Origin: Planctomycetota bacterium
GTDB lineage: Bacteria > Planctomycetota > UBA8108 > SXIK01
DNA length: 64,000 nt
Assembly: GCA_965223265.1 (NCBI GenBank)
Contig: OZ244999.1
Coordinates: 9,056,001 to 9,120,000 of the forward strand
Direction of reading: 5' to 3'
In this document: piece by piece, positions 30,182-38,940 of the stretch
Numbering within the stretch: the first letter of the stretch is position 1
Layout: each line of letters opens with the position of its first letter
Notes under the pieces: generated by a model
The model's database searches: none
The model's input: the letters and a program-made list of their open reading frames with translations, nothing else
What the model was told of the DNA's origin: nothing
Position numbers and translations under genes: made by a program

Positions 30182-32639
30182 GTACACTCGCACTGCAGCG
30201 ATTCTCCGTGTCACTTCGGTTGCTTTATGTGCTTCCCTTCTCGCTATCAAACTTGGCGGTGCGGCCCGTATCCCCAGCGTTGATTCGGTTGATCCGACAA
30301 GAGCGTCGAGCTCGACAGCATACGCGCTCCAGCTCGACGAGTGGGTCAAGTTCGATGTGAAGTTGGGTCGCCCTGAGGTCAAGCTCGTCACCAACGCCAT
30401 CGTCAACAGCTCCCGGATCGGACGCCGCGGTGACGTTCGATATGCCGTGGACTATCGCATCACCGATTCCGAGGGACAGTTCCTTGAGGAGGGGCGCCAT
30501 TGGATGATGTCACGGAGTAGCGCTCTGGCTACGACCGACGGCAGACGACGCTGGAAGTTTGTCAAAGGTCCTGGTCGTGAGGTCCTACAGAATCGCTCGT
30601 TTGTGATTCAAACTCGAGACGTTCCGCGAGCTGCCGAAGTGGCTGTGCGCCTCGGAAAGAAAGAGGAGGATACCGAGGCAATCTTTGTGCGCGGGTTCGT
30701 CAAAGATCTCGTGCCTCCATACCGTGCGAAATACCTATGGCACCGGTTGGCGCAAAACAAGCGCCAACTGCTAGCGAGGAGAAATGTCTACTCGGCAGAT
30801 CTATTGACGGACTTCGAGAAGGAGAACCTCCTGCGAAATCGATGGGTCGCGATCCCCCCGATTGACGACGCCGCTTCGGCCGTCCGCGAGAGGTTGTTTA
30901 CGGTCGTCTATCGTTCGGCCGAGGATGACCAAGACTTAGCGGACAGCTCTTCATTCGTGCATCTCCAGCCAGAGATCGTCGAAGTCATAAGGATTCCTCC
31001 TCAATCCGAGTCTCTCGTCATGTCGGTGCGAGTTGGGGAGGAGAGCAGTCCGGAGCAGCCGAGACTTTGGTGCCGATGGAGGGATGTCGACAATGACGAA
31101 ATTGTGGAAGAAGAGATCGAAATCGTCAGCTCACCGATCCGCATTGAGCGACGAGTCAGAGGGTCGACTTTGGAGCTCCGCGGAAATCATGTGTTTGGCC
31201 TACAAGTTCAGGCGTTGTCGGGAAAGGAGAGGAGAGTTCTCTTCCCAGAGCGGGAACGAGTGCGAGCCTACCGTCCCCTCGGCAACGTCCCTCTTGAGTT
31301 TGACACTGTTCTGCACTGGAGAGACTCGACGCCGTTTCGCATACATCTTCGGGTTCTGCGTTCGGAAGAGTCCTCGGCACTTCGCGAAGTGGTCGCTGTC
31401 AACTACGAGCTGATCGCCCTCGATCGTCGCGTCATGGGGCGTGGTTCGCTCATACACAGCGGCGCGATCAGCAAGTACGCAAGTGTGAAAATCGGTGGCG
31501 AGTGGATACCAGTCAGCGATCGTTCAATTCACTACTTGACCGTCCCGCATGGTTGTCACTTCGTGCGCCTATCAAGCCCGGTCGATGGGTTGCTCGTGTC
31601 TGTTGCGACACGACCCAATGACCTGCCGTTACGCAGAACCGTGCCTAAACCGATTCACGAGGACGTACAGACGGGGTCGTCGCTGGGCGTCGGCCGCAAT
31701 TGGTTTTCGATCTATCCCTCGAACGCTGGCGATCTCATCAAGCGAGGTCGAGAAGTCTTCGTCACGGTGCGCCCACGACCGAAGTCGGACGTTGTCGATA
31801 CAACAGTATCTTACCAATCGAAGACGCTCCACCCAACTACGATCGCAACTGGGACCGATGTACTTGTGAGGTCCAAACCGGCGTCATCCGGTCCGTTGGA
31901 TCTTTACCGTTTCTACGAACTGACGTGCGGGGACGAGCGGGAGATCGTTTGTCAGGACGCACGTCATCCGCCGCCCCTCGAAATCCTCGTGATTCGCCCG
32001 CGTGCCACTGCGGGCATCATAGAGGTTCTGCTGCACGGGGAGTCAGTCAAGCAGGCAGTCACGCTGACGCGTAGCTCCTATTTTACGTTGGAAGAAGTCT
32101 CGCGCGGATCGGCATCGTTGCGTGTCGATTGCAGCGGTGGAGGTCGAGTTTTTATGCGCGGTTGTGTCGACCCTGACGCAGACGTCTGGAGAAAACGACG
32201 CGTTTATCGTTTGGGTCCTTCCAGCCCACTTGGCTATCGGGTGGCGAAACGGACGGCGGGAACTGAACGTATTAGATTCTCCGCGTTGCAATCACTTGAC
32301 GTCGGATCGCCGTTGGTCGTACGGGTATCCATCCAAGGCTTTCAGAGGACTTCACCTTCAGCCTGGGGTTCATGGACGGCGAAAGAACGAGTCGTGACCC
32401 TTGGGTTCGGGGCGGAGGCGGGCGCTCTCGGCATCGAGACGGATGAGGGCGAGGAGTTTGCAGCTCAAAGTTTCACCGTGTCGCTTGGAGATGATGTCCC
32501 TCCTGGAAGTTACGACGTCCAGGTTAGCGTCGTCGAAGGAGAACCATCTTGGTTCGGAGCTCGACATCTGGTCGAGAGGAATTCGCAGGGAAGCAGTGTG
32601 CGAACTCGCCGTGACCGGTCGACGGGGGGGGCACGATGA
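30165..32639 (+). CDS. Hypothetical exported beta-rich protein (PGA locus)
   Basis: Long ORF overlapping both neighbours; N-terminal hydrophobic signal/anchor; beta-strand-rich sequence. Confidence 0.7.
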   Translation: MTMKIRYTRTAAILRVTSVALCASLLAIKLGGAARIPSVDSVDPTRASSSTAYALQLDEWVKFDVKLGRPEVKLVTNAIVNSSRIGRRGDVRYAVDYRITDSEGQFLEEGRHWMMSRSSALATTDGRRRWKFVKGPGREVLQNRSFVIQTRDVPRAAEVAVRLGKKEEDTEAIFVRGFVKDLVPPYRAKYLWHRLAQNKRQLLARRNVYSADLLTDFEKENLLRNRWVAIPPIDDAASAVRERLFTVVYRSAEDDQDLADSSSFVHLQPEIVEVIRIPPQSESLVMSVRVGEESSPEQPRLWCRWRDVDNDEIVEEEIEIVSSPIRIERRVRGSTLELRGNHVFGLQVQALSGKERRVLFPERERVRAYRPLGNVPLEFDTVLHWRDSTPFRIHLRVLRSEESSALREVVAVNYELIALDRRVMGRGSLIHSGAISKYASVKIGGEWIPVSDRSIHYLTVPHGCHFVRLSSPVDGLLVSVATRPNDLPLRRTVPKPIHEDVQTGSSLGVGRNWFSIYPSNAGDLIKRGREVFVTVRPRPKSDVVDTTVSYQSKTLHPTTIATGTDVLVRSKPASSGPLDLYRFYELTCGDEREIVCQDARHPPPLEILVIRPRATAGIIEVLLHGESVKQAVTLTRSSYFTLEEVSRGSASLRVDCSGGGRVFMRGCVDPDADVWRKRRVYRLGPSSPLGYRVAKRTAGTERIRFSALQSLDVGSPLVVRVSIQGFQRTSPSAWGSWTAKERVVTLGFGAEAGALGIETDEGEEFAAQSFTVSLGDDVPPGSYDVQVSVVEGEPSWFGARHLVERNSQGSSVRTRRDRSTGGAR

Positions 32640-33568
32640 GAGCCTCTCGTGTGCTCACCGAAGCGAGACGCAGCTCGCGACAGTGCTCTCTTGCACTCGT
32701 GGCGGCGGTTCTGTTGATTGGCGTCGCTGTTGAATCGTCGAGTTCTGATGCCGAGATTGGTGACCTCGTCAAACGTCGCGCCGAGGCACCGATGCTACGT
32801 CGTGTCGAGCGTCCAGAATTGGCGAAAGCGGAGCTGCTCTTTCATTCAATACTGAGCCAAGGTTGGAGCGCTCAAGTTAGTCGTCTTTGCGCGGAACTCG
32901 ACCTGAACATCATGAGAGTTCAGCAACACGGCGAAGGTTTTCTAGTCGTCGAAGAAGACGAGAGTCGTCGAGAGGGTCGTGGCCTCTTTGTTTTTCGCAG
33001 CACGGCAACTGAGCCGGTTTTCTTGCAGGCGCCTCACGCGTTTTTTGATCTTCGCACCGACGAAGTCGCGACACGGATGTTTCTTCGTACTCGCTGTGCG
33101 GTCGCAGCTTGGAATACGTGTCGGAGAGATGCGCGCGTTGTCGGGTCACAGCGCGTGGCGGATCTGTGCCGTCTCGACGCAACGTACTGGCAGGCGTTGA
33201 CAAGAGCCTTTGCACGCGCCTACCGGAGAGGCACGGTGGTGCAATTGCATGGATTCAGTCCCAGCCAGCGTTCAACGGTCGAAGCGAAACAGTATGAGTT
33301 GATTTTGAGCCGAGGAACGCGCTCTGGACATGAGGATCTGCTTGGAGTGAAAGCCTGCTTCGGAGAGAAAGTGCGGCTGCGCACCGCTGTCTTTCCCGTC
33401 GACGTTGAGGAACTTGGAGGGACGCGCAACGTTCAAGGGCGACTGCTCCGGAGCGTCGGAACAGGTTTTGTCCACGTCGAGATGAGTCCGAACGCCCGGA
33501 AACGCTTGATCACAGACGACGCACTCCTCGAGTGTTTCGCGCGATGCCTCATGGAGGTCGCAAGGTGA
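32636..33568 (+). CDS. Exported putative Zn hydrolase, PghP/gamma-PGA-hydrolase-like
   Basis: Signal peptide; QAPHAFFD, VQLHGF, LGGTRN, HVEMSPNAR parallel the APHGGGIE/LHG/LAG..N/QLEIS...R motifs of PghP-family enzymes; ATGA overlap with the upstream gene. Confidence 0.55.
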   Translation: MRASRVLTEARRSSRQCSLALVAAVLLIGVAVESSSSDAEIGDLVKRRAEAPMLRRVERPELAKAELLFHSILSQGWSAQVSRLCAELDLNIMRVQQHGEGFLVVEEDESRREGRGLFVFRSTATEPVFLQAPHAFFDLRTDEVATRMFLRTRCAVAAWNTCRRDARVVGSQRVADLCRLDATYWQALTRAFARAYRRGTVVQLHGFSPSQRSTVEAKQYELILSRGTRSGHEDLLGVKACFGEKVRLRTAVFPVDVEELGGTRNVQGRLLRSVGTGFVHVEMSPNARKRLITDDALLECFARCLMEVAR

Positions 33569-36500
33569 GGCGTGGCAGCGGGGGTATCGCACTCTTCTGC
33601 TTGATTGCGCTTGCGCGCCTCTATGGCGATGACTCCATCCGTATCGGAGACGGTTTGGATACGTCTCGATTTCCTACACGGTGGGACAACGTCGAGGGTG
33701 CGCCGTGGCTGGTTGGAGGGCCCTCTCCGAAGTGGGACGCTTCGCTGCGATTTCACGTGTTCCGCCTGCGCCCACATGAGGTCGTCGTCCTTCATGTCCC
33801 GATCGACCGGCTGTTACGTGTGGTTTTCCCAGGTATCACGCAACGATCGCACATCGAAGTCACGATCGATGGTGGCTCAGGGATGGAGATCCCGCAAGCA
33901 GGCGTGCAAGGTGACGATGGCTCGTGGTTCTTTCCGACTCGACGCTTTGGCAGTCATCTCTTCAGGTTGAGGAGTACGGACAACAAGAGTCGAAATGTCG
34001 CTGTGTTTGTAGGACGCGCGGATACCACTTTCACTCGACAGCTTGCTATGGGATCGTCGACGCTCGGTAGCGACCCGGTGCGCCTGCGTCGCGAAGGAGA
34101 GCTGATCGGTCGACGGTATTGGCGTCTTGGTCCAGGTAAGCCGATTCGTGTGAGGGTGCAAGGTGGTGGAGAGCTGAGTCTGCTCACGCGTTTCGAGTTT
34201 CCGCAATCTGAGTCGAGTCGCCAACAGTCCTACCGCATTTCCATCGAAGGTGCTGAAGATCCCAACGGGTTCGAAGTGCAGACTGTCCCTGACTCGGTTC
34301 CCACGTGGGTTGACGGTCGTCCTGTCTGCGTCGGCACGTCAAAGGTCACTCGATTTCTTGTGAACTCCTCGGTTCGAGAGATCACGCTGAGAGCGAGTCG
34401 AAACGTCTGGTGTCGATTGTTTCGGTCTGACGATTCGGTCTATTTCGCTGCGGCGAACCGGTCGCAGCACAGTCGACCTTCCGATCTCACGTCGTTGTCC
34501 CTTGGGGACGCCCCTTCTGTTGAGTCCGTTGGCAGCATCAGCGAGAGCTTTCGGTTTGCGAGTGTCCCGGCGACGGTTTTCGAGGCGATCCGTGGGGCTG
34601 AGCCGGCGGACCTACAGATTGCCGCAGCGTACTTCAGGGCGATGGCGACCTCCTTTGCCGTTGACGCGGACAGTCGTCGTCTGGCACGTTCCTGGTATGA
34701 ACGGCTGACAAGGCGGCGTCATCATTTGCCGCGTCACATGGCTGCGGGACGACAGATCGACTGGCGCTCGTACGTGATCCGAAACGCGCGCCCCGCGGGT
34801 GACGAATCGACGTCTACCAAAGTCGCCAAAGAGCAGTTCGCCGCGGCACTCACAAGTCTTGGGAGCGGAGCTTTTGCCGTTGTCCCCGAGACTCAAGCCA
34901 GGGCGGACGAGTATCATGTCGGTGCTCGTGATACAGGGGTTTGGCTGCGCTTAGTAGCCCGACAGGAGTCTCAAGGCGCGGAGTTCTGGCTACAGGCGGA
35001 TGACCAACCTCCCGTGCTCATTCGCTGCTCCACTCGCTTGCCGGCGAGGTGGCAGCGGACGTCGACGTCATTTGACGCAGCGGCGTCCCTCGTCGTGCAT
35101 GGCAATGGTCGGTGGAATCCGCTCGATATCCACGCTGCGCTCAGTCAGTACCAGCGTCCACACGCTTTCGTCGAGGTGTGGCACGGCGAGTATTTCTGCG
35201 TCGCAGGCGTGCGAACGATCAAGTTGTGGCGAGACGAAGGCGCTGCTCCAGTCGCCGTCTCCGTGCAGTCACGATCTGGGGCACCCATCGTGCCAACAGA
35301 GTCGGAGTTTCTTGACGAGCTGGAGAAGTGGAGAAGGAATGCCCCGCCAGGGGAGAGCTTGCTGCCGTATCTGCAGCGTTTGTGGGCGGCGCGCGAAAGG
35401 AACATCTCAGACGAGTCAACTGCTTCAGCCGGTGCCTTGAACGAAGTTCTTGCTTGGATTGACGCAAGCTGCGACGACGACGTCGGGGGCGTCCACGTCA
35501 ATCCACCGAGGAAGTACGTCTTTTCGGACATCGACCATTCGAGCTCCGAGGAGATCGAGTCTAACGCGATGGCTGCGGAGCAGACTGGGGACTGGCTGCG
35601 AGCACTCGAGCATTGGACCGATGCGTTCCGGCAGGCCGACCCCGTGCGTCGGCGACGAATCGACCTGGCACGGCTGAGATGTCTTTTGGAATTGGGAGAA
35701 CATTGGTTCGCGGAAGAGCAGATGCTAGGAATCGTACAATCGTCACGAGATTTCGTGCTGCGTGACGCGGTGAGGAACCGCTTGCTTGACCACGTCCGGG
35801 CATCCGGGAACGTGCGAAAAGAGCATCGACTGATCGCCTCCTTTCTGTGCCGAAGTAGTGACACCGATCTCGTCTCACGAATGGTCGAATTGAGCGCCGA
35901 GCGCGGAGCGACTCGACGAGCGCTGTCGCTCGGCCTAATTCTCCCCGCATGGAAGCAGCCCGTCGAAATCTTACTGAGGTCTGCCTACGAAGAACAGTGG
36001 TGGGACACCTTCGAGGCATTTCTACCCCTGCTTGAAAGCGAGAGCGCATCGTATTGGCGGGGAATCAGACTCGCCACGCAGGGGGCGTACGAGGGTGCGA
36101 TCGACCGCCTAAATCAGGGAGGTCCGCGTGGGCAAGAGTTGGCGAGCTTCGTGAGCTCTGCTCTCGCTGTCAGACGCAGCCTCAACGCCACCGATTTGGA
36201 GACACGTGTCCGTGGAGTGGGGCAATGGTTGAAACTCGAAGCCAGTCGTCCGGGTCCTCGACGTTGGCGCAGCGCCAGTGACTTGATTGCCGAGTTCGCC
36301 TCCAGTTGTGTTATCGAAACTCTGGACCAGCGCGTCCGAACGCTCTGGTTCGTCGCTGACTCGGACAGGAAGGTCAAGTTGCAAGTGTTCGGCCCGACAC
36401 GCCTGAGGGTCCGGTCGCGACGATTGTACGGAGTCGAACGAACCGATGCGGAGGATAGTTGGCTCACAGTGGACGACGGATCGAAGCGGCGAGTCTTCCC

Positions 36501-38940
36501 GTTGAACGTGACCAGGCCAAGTGATTCGACGCGACTTCCAGGCCAACCCGAAGTGCGCCCAGGACTCGAACAAGAGTTCGTATTCGTCGTCGATTCCGGC
36601 TTGCACACCTTTGAAATTGGAAGCACGAGTCCGCTAGCGATCAGGGTCTACGAGGAAGAAGCGAGCCTTCGCTTTGGTATTCTTCCGCGTGTGACTGACG
36701 AGGCGATGCAGTTGAGTCTCGCGGACCCAGCTGTTGTCGACAGTGGCGAATTGATCGTCACAGGACAAAGAGTTGAAGGAATTACACAGGACAAGGTGGT
36801 GCGCGGAGCGCTGTACCGAATCCCGCCGATTGGCGTCAGTCGCTCTCGCCGGACCGACTCGGACCCCATCCTTTCTGATCTCCGTCAGGAATTCGGTGCG
36901 TCTTCAGGCGTCACGGAGACCGAGGACGAGAGAGTGGTTCGTGAGCTGCTGGCGCGAAGTGTTGGAGATCATCGGGAAACAATCGTGAGTCTCCAGTCAC
37001 GGCTTGAGATCGACGCCGAAGAGCGCCTCCGTTCTTTGGCATACGTTGCCGAGCACGACGGCAGACTAAGGGACGGCGCTGTGGCGGTGGGTTTCGAGGT
37101 GATGAATCGAGAACGAGATGATCCGAGGCTTCGCTCCATTTGGTCTCGACTCCGTCGCGGTTATTCGTGGCAGCGAGTGGTGACGTTGAATGGCAGTGCC
37201 GGCATTAGGACGCTCCCGCTCGATGGGTGGCGACCCGAGTCGCCGGGGCTCCGGGTTCGGTCGCAGTTCTTGCGGTCGATGGAACGAGGCGAGACGTTGC
37301 TCCTCGGCACCGATGCTCTTCTCGTCACTGTGCGACAGCGGCAACCAACTTCGTTGAAGTTGCGCGTTGCCGCTGAGGCCGTAAGATTTCGACCGGTCGA
37401 AGTGACCTGGGTGCGGTACGAGCTCAACGATTGGGAGAGCCACGAGGTGTATCTGTCGAAAGAGACTCCGCGACGCGAGATCGTCCTGCCGATTCCAGCG
37501 GGCGAGCATCGCGTGCGCATCAGTGCCGTGTCGCCGGTGACAAATCAGTTTATCGCGGTGAAGGTGGTCGGGATCGAGACGTCGTCTGACCATGACCTGT
37601 CCGTTGTCGGCGGCTCAGAGTCCCAGCATCCAACGCGCAATTTTCATGTGGCTTCCACGGAGAGCCCAATCCGGCTGACGGTCGTAGGGCCTAAATGCGT
37701 ACGGATCGACGAGCAGCGTGGAGGCGGTACGGTGACGAGTTATCGCATCGTAACGAAAGAGATCGAAGAGATTGTGCTGCGGCCGCGAGGCGACGAGAAG
37801 GAGGCTTTGTTCAGGCTGTTTGAATTGAGCGCTAAGCCGTCAGCGCAACAGGAAGCACCGGAGATTGCTCGAGAAGAGGAACCAGAGGACTTGCCACCGC
37901 CTCAGCTCAATCCAAGACTTCGGCTAGGAGTTGATTCAGAGTCAGAAGTTAGCGTCACTGACGGCATTGAACTGGGAGGGCAAGAAGACGGAACTCTGAG
38001 CCTCGCTATCAAGGCCGAGCGGCGTCGGATGTTTGAGGAAGATGGTGACGTCATCATCGTCGCCGAGCAGTTCGTCGAGCTCGATGCGGTTCATCGCAAG
38101 CAGGCCGATTCACTGCCCGCTCACTTCGAAACGGGGCTCTTGGGTCGTCGCCGAGAGCGAGGAGGACCGACGATCGGCGCCTGGGAGAGGATCCGGTACG
38201 CGCCTGACTGGCTGCCCGTCACGTTGGGTGCGCAGGGGGAGGTCTTTGCCCAATGGCCGAGTGGCGATCCGATAGTTCCGTCAGGGCCACTCGAGTGGTC
38301 CTATAAGGTCGAAGCGGGCGCGTCTCGGCAGGTGCCGTTTAGTCTCAACGCGTTCATGTTACCGTCAGTGCGAGTCTTCGGTCGACACCTGAGTCTTTCT
38401 GATAAATCTCGCTTTGATCCGGGCGACCTAGATCAGGACGTCTTTTCCGAATTCAAGTACGACCACCGCTACGGACTCAAACTGTCCGATACATTCACAT
38501 ATCGTCCCTGGATCGACACACAGTGGCGGATGCGCGCCTCCGTCACTACGAATGAGGACTTCAATGTCTTTCGCCCCGATAGTGTTCGATACTCCGTCGA
38601 CTGGGGGCAGTACTTGGCTGGCTTTCAGATCGATGTGGGGTACCAGCTGACTTACTTCTTTGACGACTCAGATCGCAGCAACAGTCGGACCCGTCACAGC
38701 GTCAGCTTGCAGGCTACTCATGATGTTTGGAGTAACGTTGAACATCGTCTGGAAATCGGAGGGGTGTTTCGTCAAGACTTCCCAGAAGATCGCAGTACCG
38801 GAATGGTTTTTCTCGCGATCCACTTCGGAAAGGGTCGAGGGTATCGAGATTTTCGCCCGGGGGAGGTCGATTTCGTCGGCCTGAGGGAGCGGCGGATTCC
38901 AGACCGAGGTTTGAATCGCCTTGCCACGCAAAGAGACTGA
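33565..38940 (+). CDS. Very large exported protein with beta-sandwich modules, TPRs and a probable C-terminal outer-membrane beta-barrel
   Basis: GTG 33565 overlaps the upstream TGA and follows GGAGG; signal peptide; central TPR-like helices; last ~300 aa show alternating amphipathic beta-strands with aromatic residues. Confidence 0.7.
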   Translation: MRRGSGGIALFCLIALARLYGDDSIRIGDGLDTSRFPTRWDNVEGAPWLVGGPSPKWDASLRFHVFRLRPHEVVVLHVPIDRLLRVVFPGITQRSHIEVTIDGGSGMEIPQAGVQGDDGSWFFPTRRFGSHLFRLRSTDNKSRNVAVFVGRADTTFTRQLAMGSSTLGSDPVRLRREGELIGRRYWRLGPGKPIRVRVQGGGELSLLTRFEFPQSESSRQQSYRISIEGAEDPNGFEVQTVPDSVPTWVDGRPVCVGTSKVTRFLVNSSVREITLRASRNVWCRLFRSDDSVYFAAANRSQHSRPSDLTSLSLGDAPSVESVGSISESFRFASVPATVFEAIRGAEPADLQIAAAYFRAMATSFAVDADSRRLARSWYERLTRRRHHLPRHMAAGRQIDWRSYVIRNARPAGDESTSTKVAKEQFAAALTSLGSGAFAVVPETQARADEYHVGARDTGVWLRLVARQESQGAEFWLQADDQPPVLIRCSTRLPARWQRTSTSFDAAASLVVHGNGRWNPLDIHAALSQYQRPHAFVEVWHGEYFCVAGVRTIKLWRDEGAAPVAVSVQSRSGAPIVPTESEFLDELEKWRRNAPPGESLLPYLQRLWAARERNISDESTASAGALNEVLAWIDASCDDDVGGVHVNPPRKYVFSDIDHSSSEEIESNAMAAEQTGDWLRALEHWTDAFRQADPVRRRRIDLARLRCLLELGEHWFAEEQMLGIVQSSRDFVLRDAVRNRLLDHVRASGNVRKEHRLIASFLCRSSDTDLVSRMVELSAERGATRRALSLGLILPAWKQPVEILLRSAYEEQWWDTFEAFLPLLESESASYWRGIRLATQGAYEGAIDRLNQGGPRGQELASFVSSALAVRRSLNATDLETRVRGVGQWLKLEASRPGPRRWRSASDLIAEFASSCVIETLDQRVRTLWFVADSDRKVKLQVFGPTRLRVRSRRLYGVERTDAEDSWLTVDDGSKRRVFPLNVTRPSDSTRLPGQPEVRPGLEQEFVFVVDSGLHTFEIGSTSPLAIRVYEEEASLRFGILPRVTDEAMQLSLADPAVVDSGELIVTGQRVEGITQDKVVRGALYRIPPIGVSRSRRTDSDPILSDLRQEFGASSGVTETEDERVVRELLARSVGDHRETIVSLQSRLEIDAEERLRSLAYVAEHDGRLRDGAVAVGFEVMNRERDDPRLRSIWSRLRRGYSWQRVVTLNGSAGIRTLPLDGWRPESPGLRVRSQFLRSMERGETLLLGTDALLVTVRQRQPTSLKLRVAAEAVRFRPVEVTWVRYELNDWESHEVYLSKETPRREIVLPIPAGEHRVRISAVSPVTNQFIAVKVVGIETSSDHDLSVVGGSESQHPTRNFHVASTESPIRLTVVGPKCVRIDEQRGGGTVTSYRIVTKEIEEIVLRPRGDEKEALFRLFELSAKPSAQQEAPEIAREEEPEDLPPPQLNPRLRLGVDSESEVSVTDGIELGGQEDGTLSLAIKAERRRMFEEDGDVIIVAEQFVELDAVHRKQADSLPAHFETGLLGRRRERGGPTIGAWERIRYAPDWLPVTLGAQGEVFAQWPSGDPIVPSGPLEWSYKVEAGASRQVPFSLNAFMLPSVRVFGRHLSLSDKSRFDPGDLDQDVFSEFKYDHRYGLKLSDTFTYRPWIDTQWRMRASVTTNEDFNVFRPDSVRYSVDWGQYLAGFQIDVGYQLTYFFDDSDRSNSRTRHSVSLQATHDVWSNVEHRLEIGGVFRQDFPEDRSTGMVFLAIHFGKGRGYRDFRPGEVDFVGLRERRIPDRGLNRLATQRD

